A DNA stretch of 64,000 nt from Macrostomum lignano. Lineage: Eukaryota. Shown one piece after another: positions 12,901 to 27,400 of this stretch. A program made the translations under genes and the position numbers. Within the stretch, counting starts at the first letter, position 1. Every line of letters begins with the position of its first letter. The notes under the pieces are model-generated. The model made no database searches. It saw only the letters and a program-made list of their open reading frames with translations, and was not told the origin of the DNA. Location: assembly GCA_002269645.1 (NCBI GenBank), contig NIVC01000984.1, positions 310,001-374,000 on the forward strand, written 5' to 3'.

Positions 12901-15900
12901 TCCACTGACACATTCCCAATGAGACTCTGATCCACTGACACATTTCCAATGAGCCTTCTGATCCACTGACACATTCCCAATGAGCCATTGATCCACTGAC
13001 ATTCCCAATGAGCCTCTGATCCACTGACAACATTCCCAATGAGACTCTGATCCACTGACACATTCCCAATGAGCCTTCTGATCCACTGGCACATTCCCAA
13101 TGAGCCTCTGATCCACTGACACATTCCCAATGAGACTCTGATCCACTGACACATTCCCAATGAGACTCTGATCCACTGGCACATTCCCAATGAGCCTTCT
13201 GATCCACTGGCACATTCCCAATGAGCCTTCTGATCCACTGGCACATTCCCAATGAGCCTCTGATCCACTGACACATTCCCAATGAGCCTCTGATCCACTG
13301 ACATATTCCCAATGAGACTCTGATCCACTGACACATTCCCAATGAGCCATTGATCCACTGACATTCCCAATGAGCCTCTGATCCACTGACACATTCCCAA
13401 TGAGCCTTCTGATCCACTGGCACATTCCCAATGAGCCTTCTGATCCACTGGCACATTCCCAATGAGCCTCTAATCCACTGACACATTCCCAATGAGACTC
13501 TGATCCACTGACACATTCCCAATGAGCCATTGATCCACTGACATTCCCAATGAGCCTCTGATCTACTGACAACATTCCCAATGAGCCTTCTGATCCACTG
13601 GCACATTCCCAATGAGCCTCTGATCCACTGACACATTCCCAATGAGCCCCTGATCCACTGACATTCCCAATGAGTCTTTAATCCACTGGCCCATTCCCAA
13701 TGAGCCTTCTGATCCACTGGCACATTCCCAATGAGCCTTCTGATCCACTGGCACATTACCAATGAGCCTTCTGATCCACTGGCACATTCCCAATGAGCCT
13801 TCTGATCCACTGGCACATTCCCAATGAGCCTTCTGATCCACTGGCACATTCCCAATGAGCCTTCTGATTCACTGGCACATTCCCAATGAGCCTTCTGATC
13901 CACTGGCACATTCCCAATGAGCCTTCTGATCCACTGACACATTCCCAATGAGCCTTCTGATCCACTGACACATTCCCAATGAGACTCTAATCCACTGACA
14001 CATTCCCAATGAGCCTTCTGATCCACTGACACATTCCCAATGAGCCTTCTGATCCACTGACACATTCCCAATGAGCCTTCTGATCCACTGACACATTCCC
14101 AATGAGACTCTAATCCACTGACACATTCCCAATGAGCCTTCTGATCCACTGACACATTCCCAATGAGCCATTGATCCACTGACATTCCCAATGAGCCTCT
14201 GATCCACTGACAACATTCCCAATGAGACTCTGATCCACTGACACATTCCCAATGAGCCTTCTGATCCACTGACACATTCCCAATGAGCCATTGATCCACT
14301 GACATTCCCAATGAGCCTCTGATCCACTGACAACATTCCCAATGAGCCTTCTGATCCACTGGCACATTCCCAATGAGCCTTCTGATCCACTGACACATTC
14401 CCAATGAGCCTTCTGATCCACTGACATTCCCAATGAGTCTTTAATCCACTGGCCCATTCCCAATGAGCCTTCTGATCCACTGGCCCATTCCCAATGAGCC
14501 TTCTGATCCACTGGCACATTCCCAATGAGCCTTCTGATCCACTGGCACATTCCCAATGAGCCTTCTGATCCACTGGCACATTCCCAATGAGCCTTCTGAT
14601 CCACTGGCACATTCCCAATGAGCCTTCTGATCCACTGGCACATTCCCAATGAGACTCTAATCCACTGACACATTCCCAATGAGCCTTCTGATCCACTGAC
14701 ACATTCCCAATGAGCCTTCTGATCCACTGACACATTCCCAATGAGCCTTCTGATCCACTGACACATTCCCCTGAATGCAAGCACTTATGCATGCAACTCT
14801 GAAACCAAGAGTTTCAAATTTACTCAATCTAATTTCGTGATTATTAGACTTAGTAGTTCAAAAAGAAATCGTCTTTGAGTGGCAGCCAGAGAATGAACTC
14901 AAAGAACCTGTCAGCACCAGTGAAATATACCACTGCATCAGCAGCAGCGCCGCCCCCTGAGCACACAAAGCACTCCAAGCCATTAATGGACTAAGTGGGG
15001 ATTGAGTAAAGCTAAGGACCATGGAGGAAAATCGCCAAAAAGGACGGCATTGAGAGACAGAAATAAGAGAGGAAAAGAGAGACTGCAGAAGCAAAACAGG
15101 GGGTGGAAGAAGGCCAAAAGGCTGGCAGTGCAGCCTGACAAACACTCAAGTTGCTCTGGGCCATTGCCTCTCGCTTTCACCACCAGTGCACTCCATTGGG
15201 GTCATCCAGGGTGACCCGACTCGGTTGGCGGCTTCCCAGTTCAACCCCAGACCCGTCTGAGCCATGGCTAAATACAGTAGAGTTATTAGTAGAGTGACCA
15301 ATTGTCCCTTCCCGTGTAGCCCCTGACAGTGAGTTACTGATTGACAGGTGTCCATTTTTACTTTGAGAAATTCAAATCCACATGTAAGTCTTCTCTTAGA
15401 GCGATTCTTAAAAAATCCCGCAAATTTGCTTAGAATTCCTGGAAAGTTTCTTAGAAATTACTGCAGCGATCTATAAAATTCATAAAGGGGTTCTTAAAAT
15501 TCATGAAGGAATTTTTAGAATTCATAGAGGGATTTTTAGAATTCATAGAACGATTCTTAGAATTCATCGAGGGATGACTTCGTGTGTTTGTCGGTAAATG
15601 TTTTTATAACACTGTGGCAGCCAAACCAATACCGGATTTACTGAATAAATACTCTCACTGTTCACTGTTCACTTTTTCTTGGGCCTTTGTCTGCTCACGA
15701 AATTCCCAATGAGCCCCGATCCAGTGACACATTCCCAATGAGCCATTGATCCACTGACACATTCCCAATGAGCCTCTGATCCACTGACACATTCCTAATG
15801 AGCCTCTGATCCACTGACACATTCCCAATGAGACTCTGATCCACTGACACATTTCCAATGAGCCTTCTGATCCACTGACACATTCCCAATGAGCCATTGA

Positions 15901-18900
15901 TCCACTGACATTCCCAATGAGCCTCTGATCCACTGACAACATTCCCAATGAGACTCTGATCCACTGACACATTCCCAATGAGCCTTCTGATCCACTGACA
16001 CATTCCCCTGAATGCAAGCACTTATGCATGCAACTCTGAAACCAAGAGTTTCAAATTTACTCAATCTAATTTCGTGATTATTAGACTTAGTAGTTCAAAA
16101 AGAAATCGTCTTTGAGTGGCAGCCAGAGAATGAACTCAAAGAACCTGTGAGCACCAGTGAAATATACCACTGCATCAGCAGCAGCGCCGCCCCCTGAGCA
16201 CACAAAGCACTCCAAGCCATTAATGGACTAAGTGGGGATTGAGTAAAGCTAAGGACCATGGAGGAAAATCGCCAAAAAGGACGGCATTGAGAGACAGAAA
16301 TAAGAGAGGAAAAGAGAGACTGCAGAAGCAAAACAGGGGGTGGAAGAAGGCCAAAAGGCTGGCAGTGCAGCCTGACAAACACTCAAGTTGCTCTGGGCCA
16401 TTGCCTCTCGCTTTCACCACCAGTGCACTCCATTGGGGTCATCCAGGGTGACCCGACTCGGTTGGCGGCTTCCCAGTTCAACCCCAGACCCGTCTGAGCC
16501 ATGGCTAAATACAGTAGAGTTATTAGTAGAGTGACCAATTGTCCCTTCCCGTGTAGCCCCTGACAGTGAGTTACTGATTGACAGGTGTCCATTTTTACTT
16601 TGAGAAATTCAAATCCACATGTAAGTCTTCTCTTAGAGCGATTCTTAAAAAATCCCGCAAATTTGCTTAGAATTCCTGGAAAGTTTCTTAGAAATTACTG
16701 CAGCGATCTATAAAATTCATAAAGGGGTTCTTAAAATTCATGAAGGAATTTTTAGAATTCATAGAGGGATTTTTAGAATTCATAGAACGATTCTTAGAAT
16801 TCATCGAGGGATTCTTAGAATTCAATGAGGGATTCTTAGAATTCATAGAGGGATTCTTAGAACTCATAGAGGGATTCTTAGAATTAATCCTGGGTTTCTT
16901 AGAATTCATAGTGTTTCTTATAAGTTTTAAAGGGATTCTTAGAATGAATTCACCTAGGGATTCTTAGAATTCATATAAAAATTCCTATAAATCATAGAGG
17001 GATTCTTAGAATTCATAGAGGGATTCTTAGAATTTATAGAGGGATTCTTAGAATTCATAGAGAATTCTTAGAATTCATAGAGGGATTCTTAAAACTCATA
17101 GAGGGATTCTTAGAATTAATCCTGGGTTTCTTAGAATTCATAGTGTTTCTTATAAGTTTTAAAGGGATTCTTAGAATTCATGGAGCAGTTATTTAAAATT
17201 CCGTACGCATTCTTTGATTTTCCTAGGGGAAACATTGGATCAAAGCGAACCAAAAGTGCTTTTGTTAAAATCTTCATTCATCAAAGCATAAAAAATCAAA
17301 TAATGGCATTCCAAGAACCGACTTAAAAACTGTCACGCCGGAAGGCAGCACCTGACTAAAATAGGAAAGAAATTGATCTCGCTCACCTCGAGCAGAAATT
17401 TGACAGCCTCCAGCTGGCCATGGATGGCGGCCAAGTGCAGGCAGGTGCCGTGCTCGGTCATCCGGTTCGGGTTCGCCCCCTGCTGGCCCAGCAACAGCCT
17501 GGAATTGGCCGGGAGAGAGCAGATCAGGCGCTGTTCTGCATGCAGGTTCAAGCATTGCATAATTGCATGCTTCTGGCTCTCATTTCCCATTTCGCTACAC
17601 GGTTCCGCCTCCCCATCAATCAATCACAGTTTAGCAGCGGAAGGGCCTGCGGCATCGATTTACAGTGCAGTGCAGCCTCATGAGATTCGGGACCCAGCAG
17701 CCGCTAGTGTCAAACTGTTTCATTCGCACTTCAGAATCTAAGAGTTCTCTCCCAGAATCTCAGCAACCCTCTCTCAGAATCTCAGCAACCCTCTCTCAGA
17801 ATCTCAGCAACCCTCTGTCAGAATCTCAGCAACCCTCTCTCTCAGAATCTCAGGAACCCTCTCTCAGAATCTCAGCAACCCTCTCTCAGAATCTCAGCAA
17901 CCCTCTCTTAGAATCTCAGCAACCCTCTCTCAAAATCTCAGCAACCCTCTCTTAGAATCTCAGCAACCCTCTCTCAAAATCTCAGCAACCCTCTCTTAGA
18001 ATCTCAGCAACCCTCTCTCTCAGAATCTCAGGAACCCTCTCTCAGAATCTCAGCAACCCTCTCTCAGAATCTCAGCAACCCTCTCTCAAAATCTCAGCAA
18101 CCCTCTCTTAGAATCTCAGCAACCCTCTCTCAGAATCTCAGCAACCCTCTCTCAGAATCTCAGCAACCCTCTCTCAGAATCTCAGCAACCCTCTCTCAAA
18201 ATCTCAGCAACCCTCTCTTAGAATCTCAGCAACCCTCTCTCAGAATCTCAGGAACCCTCTCTCAGAATCTCAGCAAAACTCTCTCAGAATCTCAGTAACC
18301 CTCTCACCCAGAATCTCAATAACCCTCTCTCAGAATCTCAGCAACCCTCTCTCAGAATCTCAGCAACCCTCTCTCAGAATCTCAGCAACCCCATCTAAAT
18401 GAAGGCAGTTAGCTCAAGGCACGCCCCCAAAAGTACACCAAATCACCTGAGCACATCCACGTGGCCATTCTTGGCGGCCAGATGGAGGCAGGACTGCGCC
18501 TGGCCTCGCTGCTCGTCTTCCAAGTCTTTGTGCAGCAGGCAGGAGACGGACTTCAGCGACAGCAGTAGCTGGGCAATCTGCAGGTTTTTCCCGACAGAAA
18601 TGAAGTGAAAATGAAGCTCCGCTAACAAAGTGGAAACAGAAGACGAATTTCTCACCGAAAATCTGCCGAATTCGCAGGCGACATCAAAGGCGGTGCGGCC
18701 GTCCTCGGTGCGCAGCATCGGGTCCGAGTTGCTGCACAGCAGCGTCTTCACCTTGAAGGATAAAATTGAAATAACAGTAACTTTGACTAGATATGCTTAC
18801 TGTCCTACTGATAGTAATGTACTAAGCATAAGACAGTAGTCGCTCACGAATGCAAAGATAAGCAAATTGGAATAAAAATCCCTGAGAACGGAAATCCTTA

Positions 18901-21900
18901 AATCCCCCACACAGGACGAGACGGGCAGAGGCTTAGTTATTTGCATAGCAAAGGACACAAGAGAGCTAGCTAGATAGAGATTTTTCTACAGTACCGAACG
19001 AATTCCCGAATTTTTCGAGGTCAGAGGTCGGCGGCACGCTTTTGAGGCCCTGGCGTCTCTGCGTGCCGGATGCGTGATACTTTTTTCACCCTCTTCTCAC
19101 TCATTCTCCAGTTCCTCCACTTTTTAACTTCTGAGAAGTTTTCTTTTTCCCTTTTCTGATCTAATCTTCCCTGAGTTCCCCTCTCCCACTCCTTCTGCTC
19201 TCGCTCTCACTCTCCTTCTCACTCTCCTTCTTCCTCTCCCACTCCCACTCCTTCTCACTCTCCCTCTCCTCCAGCACTCACTGTCTCTCCCCTCGCACTC
19301 TCCTCTCACTCTCACTCTCCCTCACACTCTTCCTCTCACTCTCCCTCACACTCTTCCTCTCACTCTCCCTCACACTCTTCCTCTCACTCTCCCTCTCTCT
19401 CTCTCACTCTCCCCCTCATTCTCACTTTCCCTCACACTCTTCCTCTCACTCTCCTTCACACTCTTCCTCTCACTCTCCCTCACACTCTTCCTCTCACTCT
19501 CCTTCACACTCTTCCTCTCACTCTCCCTCACACTCTTCCTCTCACTCTCCTTCACACTCTTCCTCTCACTCTCCCTCACACTCTTCCTCTCACTCTCCTT
19601 CACACTCTTCCTCTCACTCTCCCTCTCTCTCTCACTCTCCCCCTCATTCTCACTTTCCCTCTCCCTCTTCCTCTCACTCTCCCTCACACTCTTCCTCTCA
19701 CTCTCCCTCACACTCTTCTTCTCACTCTCCCTCACACTCTTCCTCTCACTCTCCTTCACACTCTTCCTCTCACTCTCCCTCACACTCTTCTTCTCACTCT
19801 CCCTCACACTCTTCCTCTCACTCTCCTTCACACTCTTCCTCTCACTCTCCCTCACACTGTTCCTCTCACTCTCCCTCACACTCTTCTTCTCACTCTCCCT
19901 CACACTCTTCCTCTCACTCTCCCTCACACTCTTCCTCTCACTCTCCCTCACACTCTTCTCCTCTCACTCTCCTTCACACTCTTCCTCTCACTCTCCCTCA
20001 CACTCTTCCTCTCACTCTCCCTCACACTCTTCCTCTCACTCTCCCTCACACTCTTCTCCTCTCACTCTCCTTCACACTCTTCCTCTCACTCTTCCTCACA
20101 CTCTTCTCCTCTCACTCTCCTTCACACTCTTCCTCTCACTCTCCCTCACACTCTTCCTCTCACTCTCCCTCACACTCTTCCTCTCACTCTCCCTCACACT
20201 CTTCCTCTCACTCTCCCTCACACTCTCACTCTCCCCCTCATTCTCACTTTCCCTCTCCCTCTTCCTCTCACTCTCACTCTCTCTCACGCATTACCCTTCC
20301 TCTAACTTCCCACTCCCTTCTCCCCCATAAGCATCCTAGCCGGCGGCATTCCTAGCGGCAGAACACAGCCGCTCGTACTTGGCCCCAATTTTCGCTGATA
20401 AACCCGCAGCGGCAGTCCAAGCCGCGCAGGCCGAAAAAGATGGAACGGTAAACAAAAATGGCTATAGGGGGGAGAATTTCGCCAGTAGGAAATACTCCCA
20501 ACTGTGGGATTCTGTGGCAACACCGCCCAGGCCCAACCGACAGTTTTTCGGGGGTACGAAAGGAGGTGGGGATTTTCGGGACATTCCTATGATGAAGGAG
20601 ATGCTGGGGCGCACTTGGCTCACAGAGTGACAGGTTGCGCGGCCTTAGCCTCAGTGTCAATGCCATTCCTGGCCTCCCCTCCCACCCCCCAAAAAATGAT
20701 TTCTGTTGTTCACAAACCGTATGGCAGTGCAGCCAAGTGTGACAGAGCGCGTTTGCATCATCAATCAGGCTGGCGCATAAATCAGCGCCGGCTCTCAGGC
20801 CCAAAGTGCTTATCTGCAGCCCCATATAGGCAATGCTCCCCCCATCCTGGAGTTGTATAAACTTGGGAATCCACGCGCAGTGGGAAGACTCCCTCATGGC
20901 GGCCTCTTCCTTCTGGGATTTTTTGTGGTTAGGGGGAGATTTTTTACCAATATCCCCTAGGTAGGTTCTGCAGCCACTACTGGCGCATGACGCAAAAGGT
21001 GTATTTCAACTAAACCGAAATTTGAATTTTTATGCATTTGCTTTGCAAGACATTTTGTGTTTGGAAAAAATTACTACATAGTAGAATTTGCGCATGATCC
21101 TAGCGATGTTTTGGCTAATAAAATCTGTGTGCTTTTGGCTTTGCAGTTCAGGAAAGCTGCTTAGATTGTGAGTGGGAGGGTGCTTAGATTGTGAGTGGGA
21201 GGGTGCTTAGATTGTGAGTGGGAGGGTGCTTAGATTGTGAGTGGGAGGGTGCTTAGATTGTGAGTGGGAGGGTGCTTAGATTGTGAGTGGGAGGGTGCTT
21301 AGATTGTGAGTGGGAGGGTGCTTAGATTGAGAGTGGGAGGGTGCTTAGATTGTGAATGGGAGGGTGCTTAGATTGTGAGTGGGAGGGTGCTTAGATTGTG
21401 AGTGGGAGGGTGCTTAGATTGTGAGTGGGAGGGTGCTTAGATTGTGAGTGGGAGGGTGCTTAGATTGTGAGTGGGAGGGTGCTTAGATTGTGAGTGGGAG
21501 GGTGCTTAGATTGTGAGTGGGAGGGTGCTTAGATTGTGAGTGGGAGGGTGCTTAGATTGTGAGTGGGAGGGTGCTTAGATTGTGAGTGGGAGGGTGCTTA
21601 GATTGTGAGTGGGAGGGTGCTTTGATTCTGAGAGTAAATCTACGTGATTTGCGAGCTAATAAGGTTCTTCTACTTTAAGACGTCCTTGACTGATCCATAG
21701 TTGAAAAGGTAAAAAGATGGAGATATTTTTGTCTATTGTGTCCTGTGACTGCACAGTGACCGTTGCACTGTCAGTGACTGTCGCCAACTGAAATTTGGGA
21801 TATTTCAATATGCACTCTATCAAAAAGGTCACAAAATACTGTCCCTCCTGTGTGCTGGGTGCCGCTTGCGGTCTAAATTATAACTAGCTTTGCTAAGTGT

Positions 21901-24263
21901 TGGTGCGCTTGCGAGCTAACTGAAGTTGCTAGGCTGCCAGCGATGTCCCACTAAAAATATTCCAACAGTTCAACACGCCGCCTGTGAACCCTTGTTTATT
22001 GCTGCGGGTTGTTTTCGGTGCAATTGATATTTGCAGCTGGTTTGTGAGATAGGAAGCTTTTTGCACTTCTTAAAGCTTTTTGCATTTTTGCAGCTTATTT
22101 AAATTTGAAACAAAATCTAATTATTTCGTGTGTGGAAGACCAGATTGGAGAGGGCAGGTTGGAGAGGGCAGATTGGAGAGGGTGGATTGAAGAGGGCAGA
22201 TTGGAGAGGGCAGGTTGGAGAGGGCAGATTGGAGAGGGCAGATTGGAGAGGGCAGATTGGAGAGGGCAGATTAGAGAGGGCAGATTGGAGAGGGCAGATT
22301 GAAGAGGGCAGATTGGAGAGGGCAGATTGAAGAGGGCAGATTGGAGAGGGCAGATTGAAGAGGGCAGATTGGAGAGGGCAGGTTGGAGAGGGCAGATTGG
22401 AGAGGGTGGATTGAAGAGGGCAGATTGGAGAGGGCAGGTTGGAGAGGGCAGATCGGAGAGGGCAGATTGGAGAGGGCAGATTAGAGAGGGCAGATTGGAG
22501 AGGGCAGATTGAAGAGGGCAGATTGGAGAGGGCAGGTTGGAGAGGGCAGATTAGAGAGGGCAGATTGGAGAGGGCAGATTGAAGAGGGCAGATTGGAGAG
22601 GGCAGGTTGGAGAGGGCAGATTAGAGAGGGCAGATTGGAGAGGGCAGATTGAAGAGGGCAGATTGGAGAGGGCAGGTTGGAGAGGGCAGATTAGAGAGGG
22701 CAGATTGGAGAGGGCAGATTGGAGAGGGCAGATTGGAGAGGGCAGATTGGAGAGGGCAGATTGGAGAGGGCAGATTGGAGAGAGCAGATTGGAGAGGGCA
22801 GATTGGAGAGGGCAGATTGGAGAGGGCAGATTGGAGAGGGTGGATTGAAGAGGGCAGATTGGAGAGGGCAGATTAGAGAGGGCAGATTGGAGAGGGCAGA
22901 TTGGAGAGGGCAGATTGGAGAGGGTGGATTGAAGAGGGCAGATTGGAGAGGGCAGATTGGAACTGGCAGATTGGAGAGGGCAGATTGGAACTGGCAGATT
23001 GGAGAGGGGAGGACACAAAGCTGATGGCTCTCACAATCTCGTAGTGGCCGGCCTGGCAGGCGAGGTGTAGCGGGCTGAGGCCGCCGCAGGCGGGCAGATC
23101 CGGTTGGCTGCCCTTGTTGAGCAGCAGGTGAACCGCTTCGCCGTGGCCCTGGTAGCTGGCCACGTGCAGCGGGCGGAGGCCTGCGGACGAGGGGGATTAA
23201 CGCTGTTTTTCTAATGCCTCCAGCCAAAACACCCTACTGGAATCCCTTCAAAACAACCTAATAGAATCCCTTCAAAACACCGTAATAGAATCCCTTCAAA
23301 CACCGTAATAGAATCCCTTCAAACACCCTAATAGAATACCTTCAAAACACCCTAATAGAATTCCTTCAAAACACTAATAGAATCCCTTCAAAGCACACTA
23401 ATAGAATCCCTTCAAAACACCCTAATAGAAGCTCTTCAAAACACCCTAATAGAATCCCTTAAAAACACTAATAGAATCCCTTCAAAACACACTAATATAA
23501 TCCCTTCAAAACACCCTAATAGAATCCCTTCAAAACACTAAGAGAATCCCTTCAAAACACCCTAATAGAATCCCTTCAAAACACTAAGAGAATCCCTTCA
23601 AAACACCCTAATAGAATCCCTTTAAAAAACCTACTCGAATCCCTTCAAAACAGAAAGATCCCTAAGTAGTTACACAGTTCAAAGGCCGACACCCGTGCAC
23701 CCACCTCTGGCGTCCCGCAGGTCCACCAAGGCCCCGTGGTCAAGCAGCACCTGCATCATCGGCACGTTGCCGTTGAAGGCCGCCTGGTGCAGCGCTGTCA
23801 TCCTGAAAATGATTGTTCCAATGCCGCTGCTTGTGAACTATTTATAGAAATCTTCCTAATAGCTATCATTTAAAGCTGAAAATGGCATCTCGAGTCTCAA
23901 AATAGCATCTCGATTCTCACAATGGCATCTCGATTCTCACAATGGCATCTCGATTCTCAAAATGGCATCTCGATTCTAAAAATGGCATCTCCATTCTCAC
24001 AATGGCATTTAGATTATAAAAATGGCATCTCGATTCTCAAACTGTGGCCAGTCAAAGTGGTTGGCATTCTGTTACAAAGGTCCAACAGGAAAGACTTGAA
24101 GATCAATAGAAATGGAAGATTTTCTGCATCTCGGCTAGATCAGAAATCGATAAATGTCAAGAAAACAGTCGTCAGAGATCCTCAATTCCATTTCTTAGAC
24201 ACTGTCCCTTCTGGCACTCAAAACTAATCATGGATTCAACTGGATTTTGTAGCTGGATTTTCG

Positions 24264-24358
<95 letters not shown>

Positions 24359-24363
24359 GACTG

Positions 24364-24434
<71 letters not shown>

Positions 24435-24443
24435 GACTGACTG

Positions 24444-24475
<32 letters not shown>

Positions 24476-27400
24476 GCAAATTCCAAGTAAAAATAGTACA
24501 GCTTGTACCTTCCGTTATTGGCAGTCAGCATTTTCACTGTGTCAGCTTGTTGATGCAGCTTTCAATTTCCGCATCAGCGGTTGTCATGGCGACACTATCG
24601 CGCGTGTTTAAAAGGCCTGACAAAGCGACCCCGCGAGAGCCTCTTTGTCGGATAATTTTTTCTCGAAGGGCTGTCGAGGAGACAATAAAACTGTGGAAAT
24701 GCCGAGAATTGCCAGGTCGAGCTGTCCAGATGGAAATAGCCGGGGGTGACACGGGGAGAAAGTTTGAGAGAGAGGGGGGGGGTCGAGGCGGTTATCGCTG
24801 GGGATTTTACAAGCCTATTCCCCTCTCGGCCGGAAAGTCGCAGGCGGACTGCAATGAGGGACAGGGGAGCGGGGGAGGGCAAACGCAGGCGGGCCCGGAT
24901 TAGACAAGAAAGCAGATGGGAAAGGGGCGGACGCTTATGGGTATTTTTGGCTGCCGTTCGCTTTGTAGAAAATTTTGCCCTCCAAAATACCACAAGGTCG
25001 CGGCCGGCCGTCTTGTTCGCGGGCGAACCGTCCCCAGCCTCCCAGATGCGGCGGCGGGGATGTATTGGGATAATTGATAGAGAGACTGAACCAGTTTCTG
25101 ACTGATTGACTAAAATCTAATTAAAGAGGCGAAATTGTGAAAAAAAATGCGTTGGGAATCGGTAATTTTACCCCACATTGACTAGTCTAGCAACCAATTC
25201 TCTCTCTTCGACTCTATATTGGCTAGTCTAGCAACCAACTCTCTCTCTCTCTCTCTTCGACCCTATATTGGCTAGTCTAGCAACCAACTCTCTCTCTTCG
25301 ACTCTATATTGGCTAGTCTAGCAACCAACTCTCTCTCTCTTCGACTCTATATTGGCTAGTCTAGCAACCAACTCTCTCTCTCTTCGACTCTATATTGGCT
25401 AGTCTAGCAACCAACTCTCTCTCTCCCTCTCTCTCTTCGACCCTATATTGGCTAGTCTAGCAACCAACTCTCTCTCTTCGACTCTATATTGGCTAGTCTA
25501 GCAACCAACTCTCTCTCTCTCTCTTTGACTCTATATTAGCTAGTCTAGCAACCAACTCTCTCTCTCTTCGACTCTATATTGGCTAGTCTAGCAACCAACT
25601 CTCTCTCTCTCTCTTCGACTCTATATTGGCTAGTCTAGCAACCAACTCTCTCTCTCTTCGACTCTATATTGGCTAGTATAGCAACCAACTCTCTCTCTCT
25701 TCGACTCTATATTGGCTAGTCTAGCAACCAACTCTCTCTCTCTCTCTCTTCGACTCTATATTGGCTAGTCTAGCAACCAACTCTCTCTCTCTCTTCGACC
25801 CTATATTGGCTAGTCTAGCAACCAACTCTCTCTCTCTTCGACTCTATATTGGCTAGTCTAGCAACCAACTCTCTCTCTCTTCGACTCTATATTGGCTAGT
25901 CTAGCAACCAACTCTCTCTCTCTCTCTTCGACTCTATATTGGCTAGTCTAGCAACCAACTCTCTCTCTCTCTTCGACCCTATATTGGCTAGTCTAGCAAC
26001 CAACTCTCTCTCTCTTCGACTCTATATTGGCTAGTCTAGCAACCAACTCTCTCTCTCTTCGACTCTATATTGGCTAGTCTAGCAACCAACTCTCTCTCTC
26101 TCTCTCTTCGACTCTATATTGGCTAGTCTAGCAACCAACTCTCTCTCTCTTCGACTCTATATTGGCTAGTCTAGCAACCAACTCTCTCTCTCTCTTCGAC
26201 CCTATATTGGCTAGTCTAGCAACCAACTCTCTCTCTTCGACTCTATATTGGCTAGTCTAGCAACCAACTCTCTCTCTCTCTTCGACCCTATATTGGCTAG
26301 TCTAGCAATCCACTCACTCGGTTCTGCTGTCCACAGCCCGACCCAGGGCCGTGGCCTTGCTGCACTTGAGGCTGCAGGTGCAGGTGCAGTCTCGGGGACT
26401 CGACTTCCCTGACTCGGCCATTCTCGACCTTCAAAGCTTCGTTCAATTCCGTCGCATAGCCATTTCAGTTATAAACGGGCCAGCTCTGGCGCCGCCTGTC
26501 CTTACTCCCAGAATCTCTTCTTAGTCTAGCTTTGATCGCAAACATTTATTTTTTAGTTTGAGTTCCCCTACCCTGGCTGTGGGAGAGGGGGGCGGTGCGA
26601 GCCAGTAAGAGCAGCTGCTGTCGCTGTGCTGGTGGAGAATGACCAGCGATAGGGCCTCAGAGGGCAGCGGCCTGCGCCCCGGGAGTGCAGCCGCGCCGTA
26701 TCGCGCAGCATCTCTTACTGCTACATCTCTGTGTTCCCCCAGTCTGTCTCCCTGCCTCTCGAGCATGCAGAAAACCCAAGACTGTAAAAAAAATTGCCAG
26801 AGCCGTAGTCATGGGACTGTGGCTTCAATAAAAATGAGAGGGCATCATGCTTCCTGGAAGAACTTCATCAACTTCAACTGTTGCCTTTCTACGGTTAGTA
26901 AAAATAACAAAAGTACCTCCGAGTTTGACGAGCCTGTGACGCGCAGTGGAAATTTACTTTTGTTCACTTTTCAATTATATAATATAATTGACATTATATT
27001 CTGACTGTATCCTTGTTATTTTCAAATCATTACAGACATTCAAATCATTGATGACATTCTTATATCCTTATTGACATTATCCATCATTACTGACATCGTC
27101 AATCATTACTGACATTATCAATCATTACTGACACTATCAATCATTACTGACATTATCAATCATTACTGACATCCTCAATCATTACTGACATCCTCAATCA
27201 TTACTGACACTATCAATCATTACTGACACTATCAATCATTACTGACATCCTCAATCATTACTGACATCCTCAATCATTACTGACATCCTCAATCATTACT
27301 GACATCCTCAATCATTACTGACATCCTCAATCATTACTGACATCCTCAATCATTACTGACATCCTCAATCATTACTGACATCCTCAATCATTACTGACAT

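Larger units (their letters stand above)
10487..16812. repeat. Tandem segmental triplication (units 10487-12666, 12667-15575, 15576-16812)
   Basis: The same ~125-bp head (GACTTCGTGTGTTTG..), variable 30/31-bp satellite and ~810-bp tail occur three times. Identical ORFs are offset by 2909 and 1237 bp. Confidence 0.95.

Noticed and set aside
11949-16451. Thrice-repeated 66-95 aa ORFs (for example MSKAKDHGGKSPKR..)
   Set aside because: They recur only because the DNA is triplicated, and there is no recognisable homology or splice context.
20352-20897. 181-aa non-repetitive ORF in a Caskin intron
   Set aside because: No recognisable motif, and overlapping ORFs of similar size on both strands are typical of GC-rich non-coding or decayed TE sequence.
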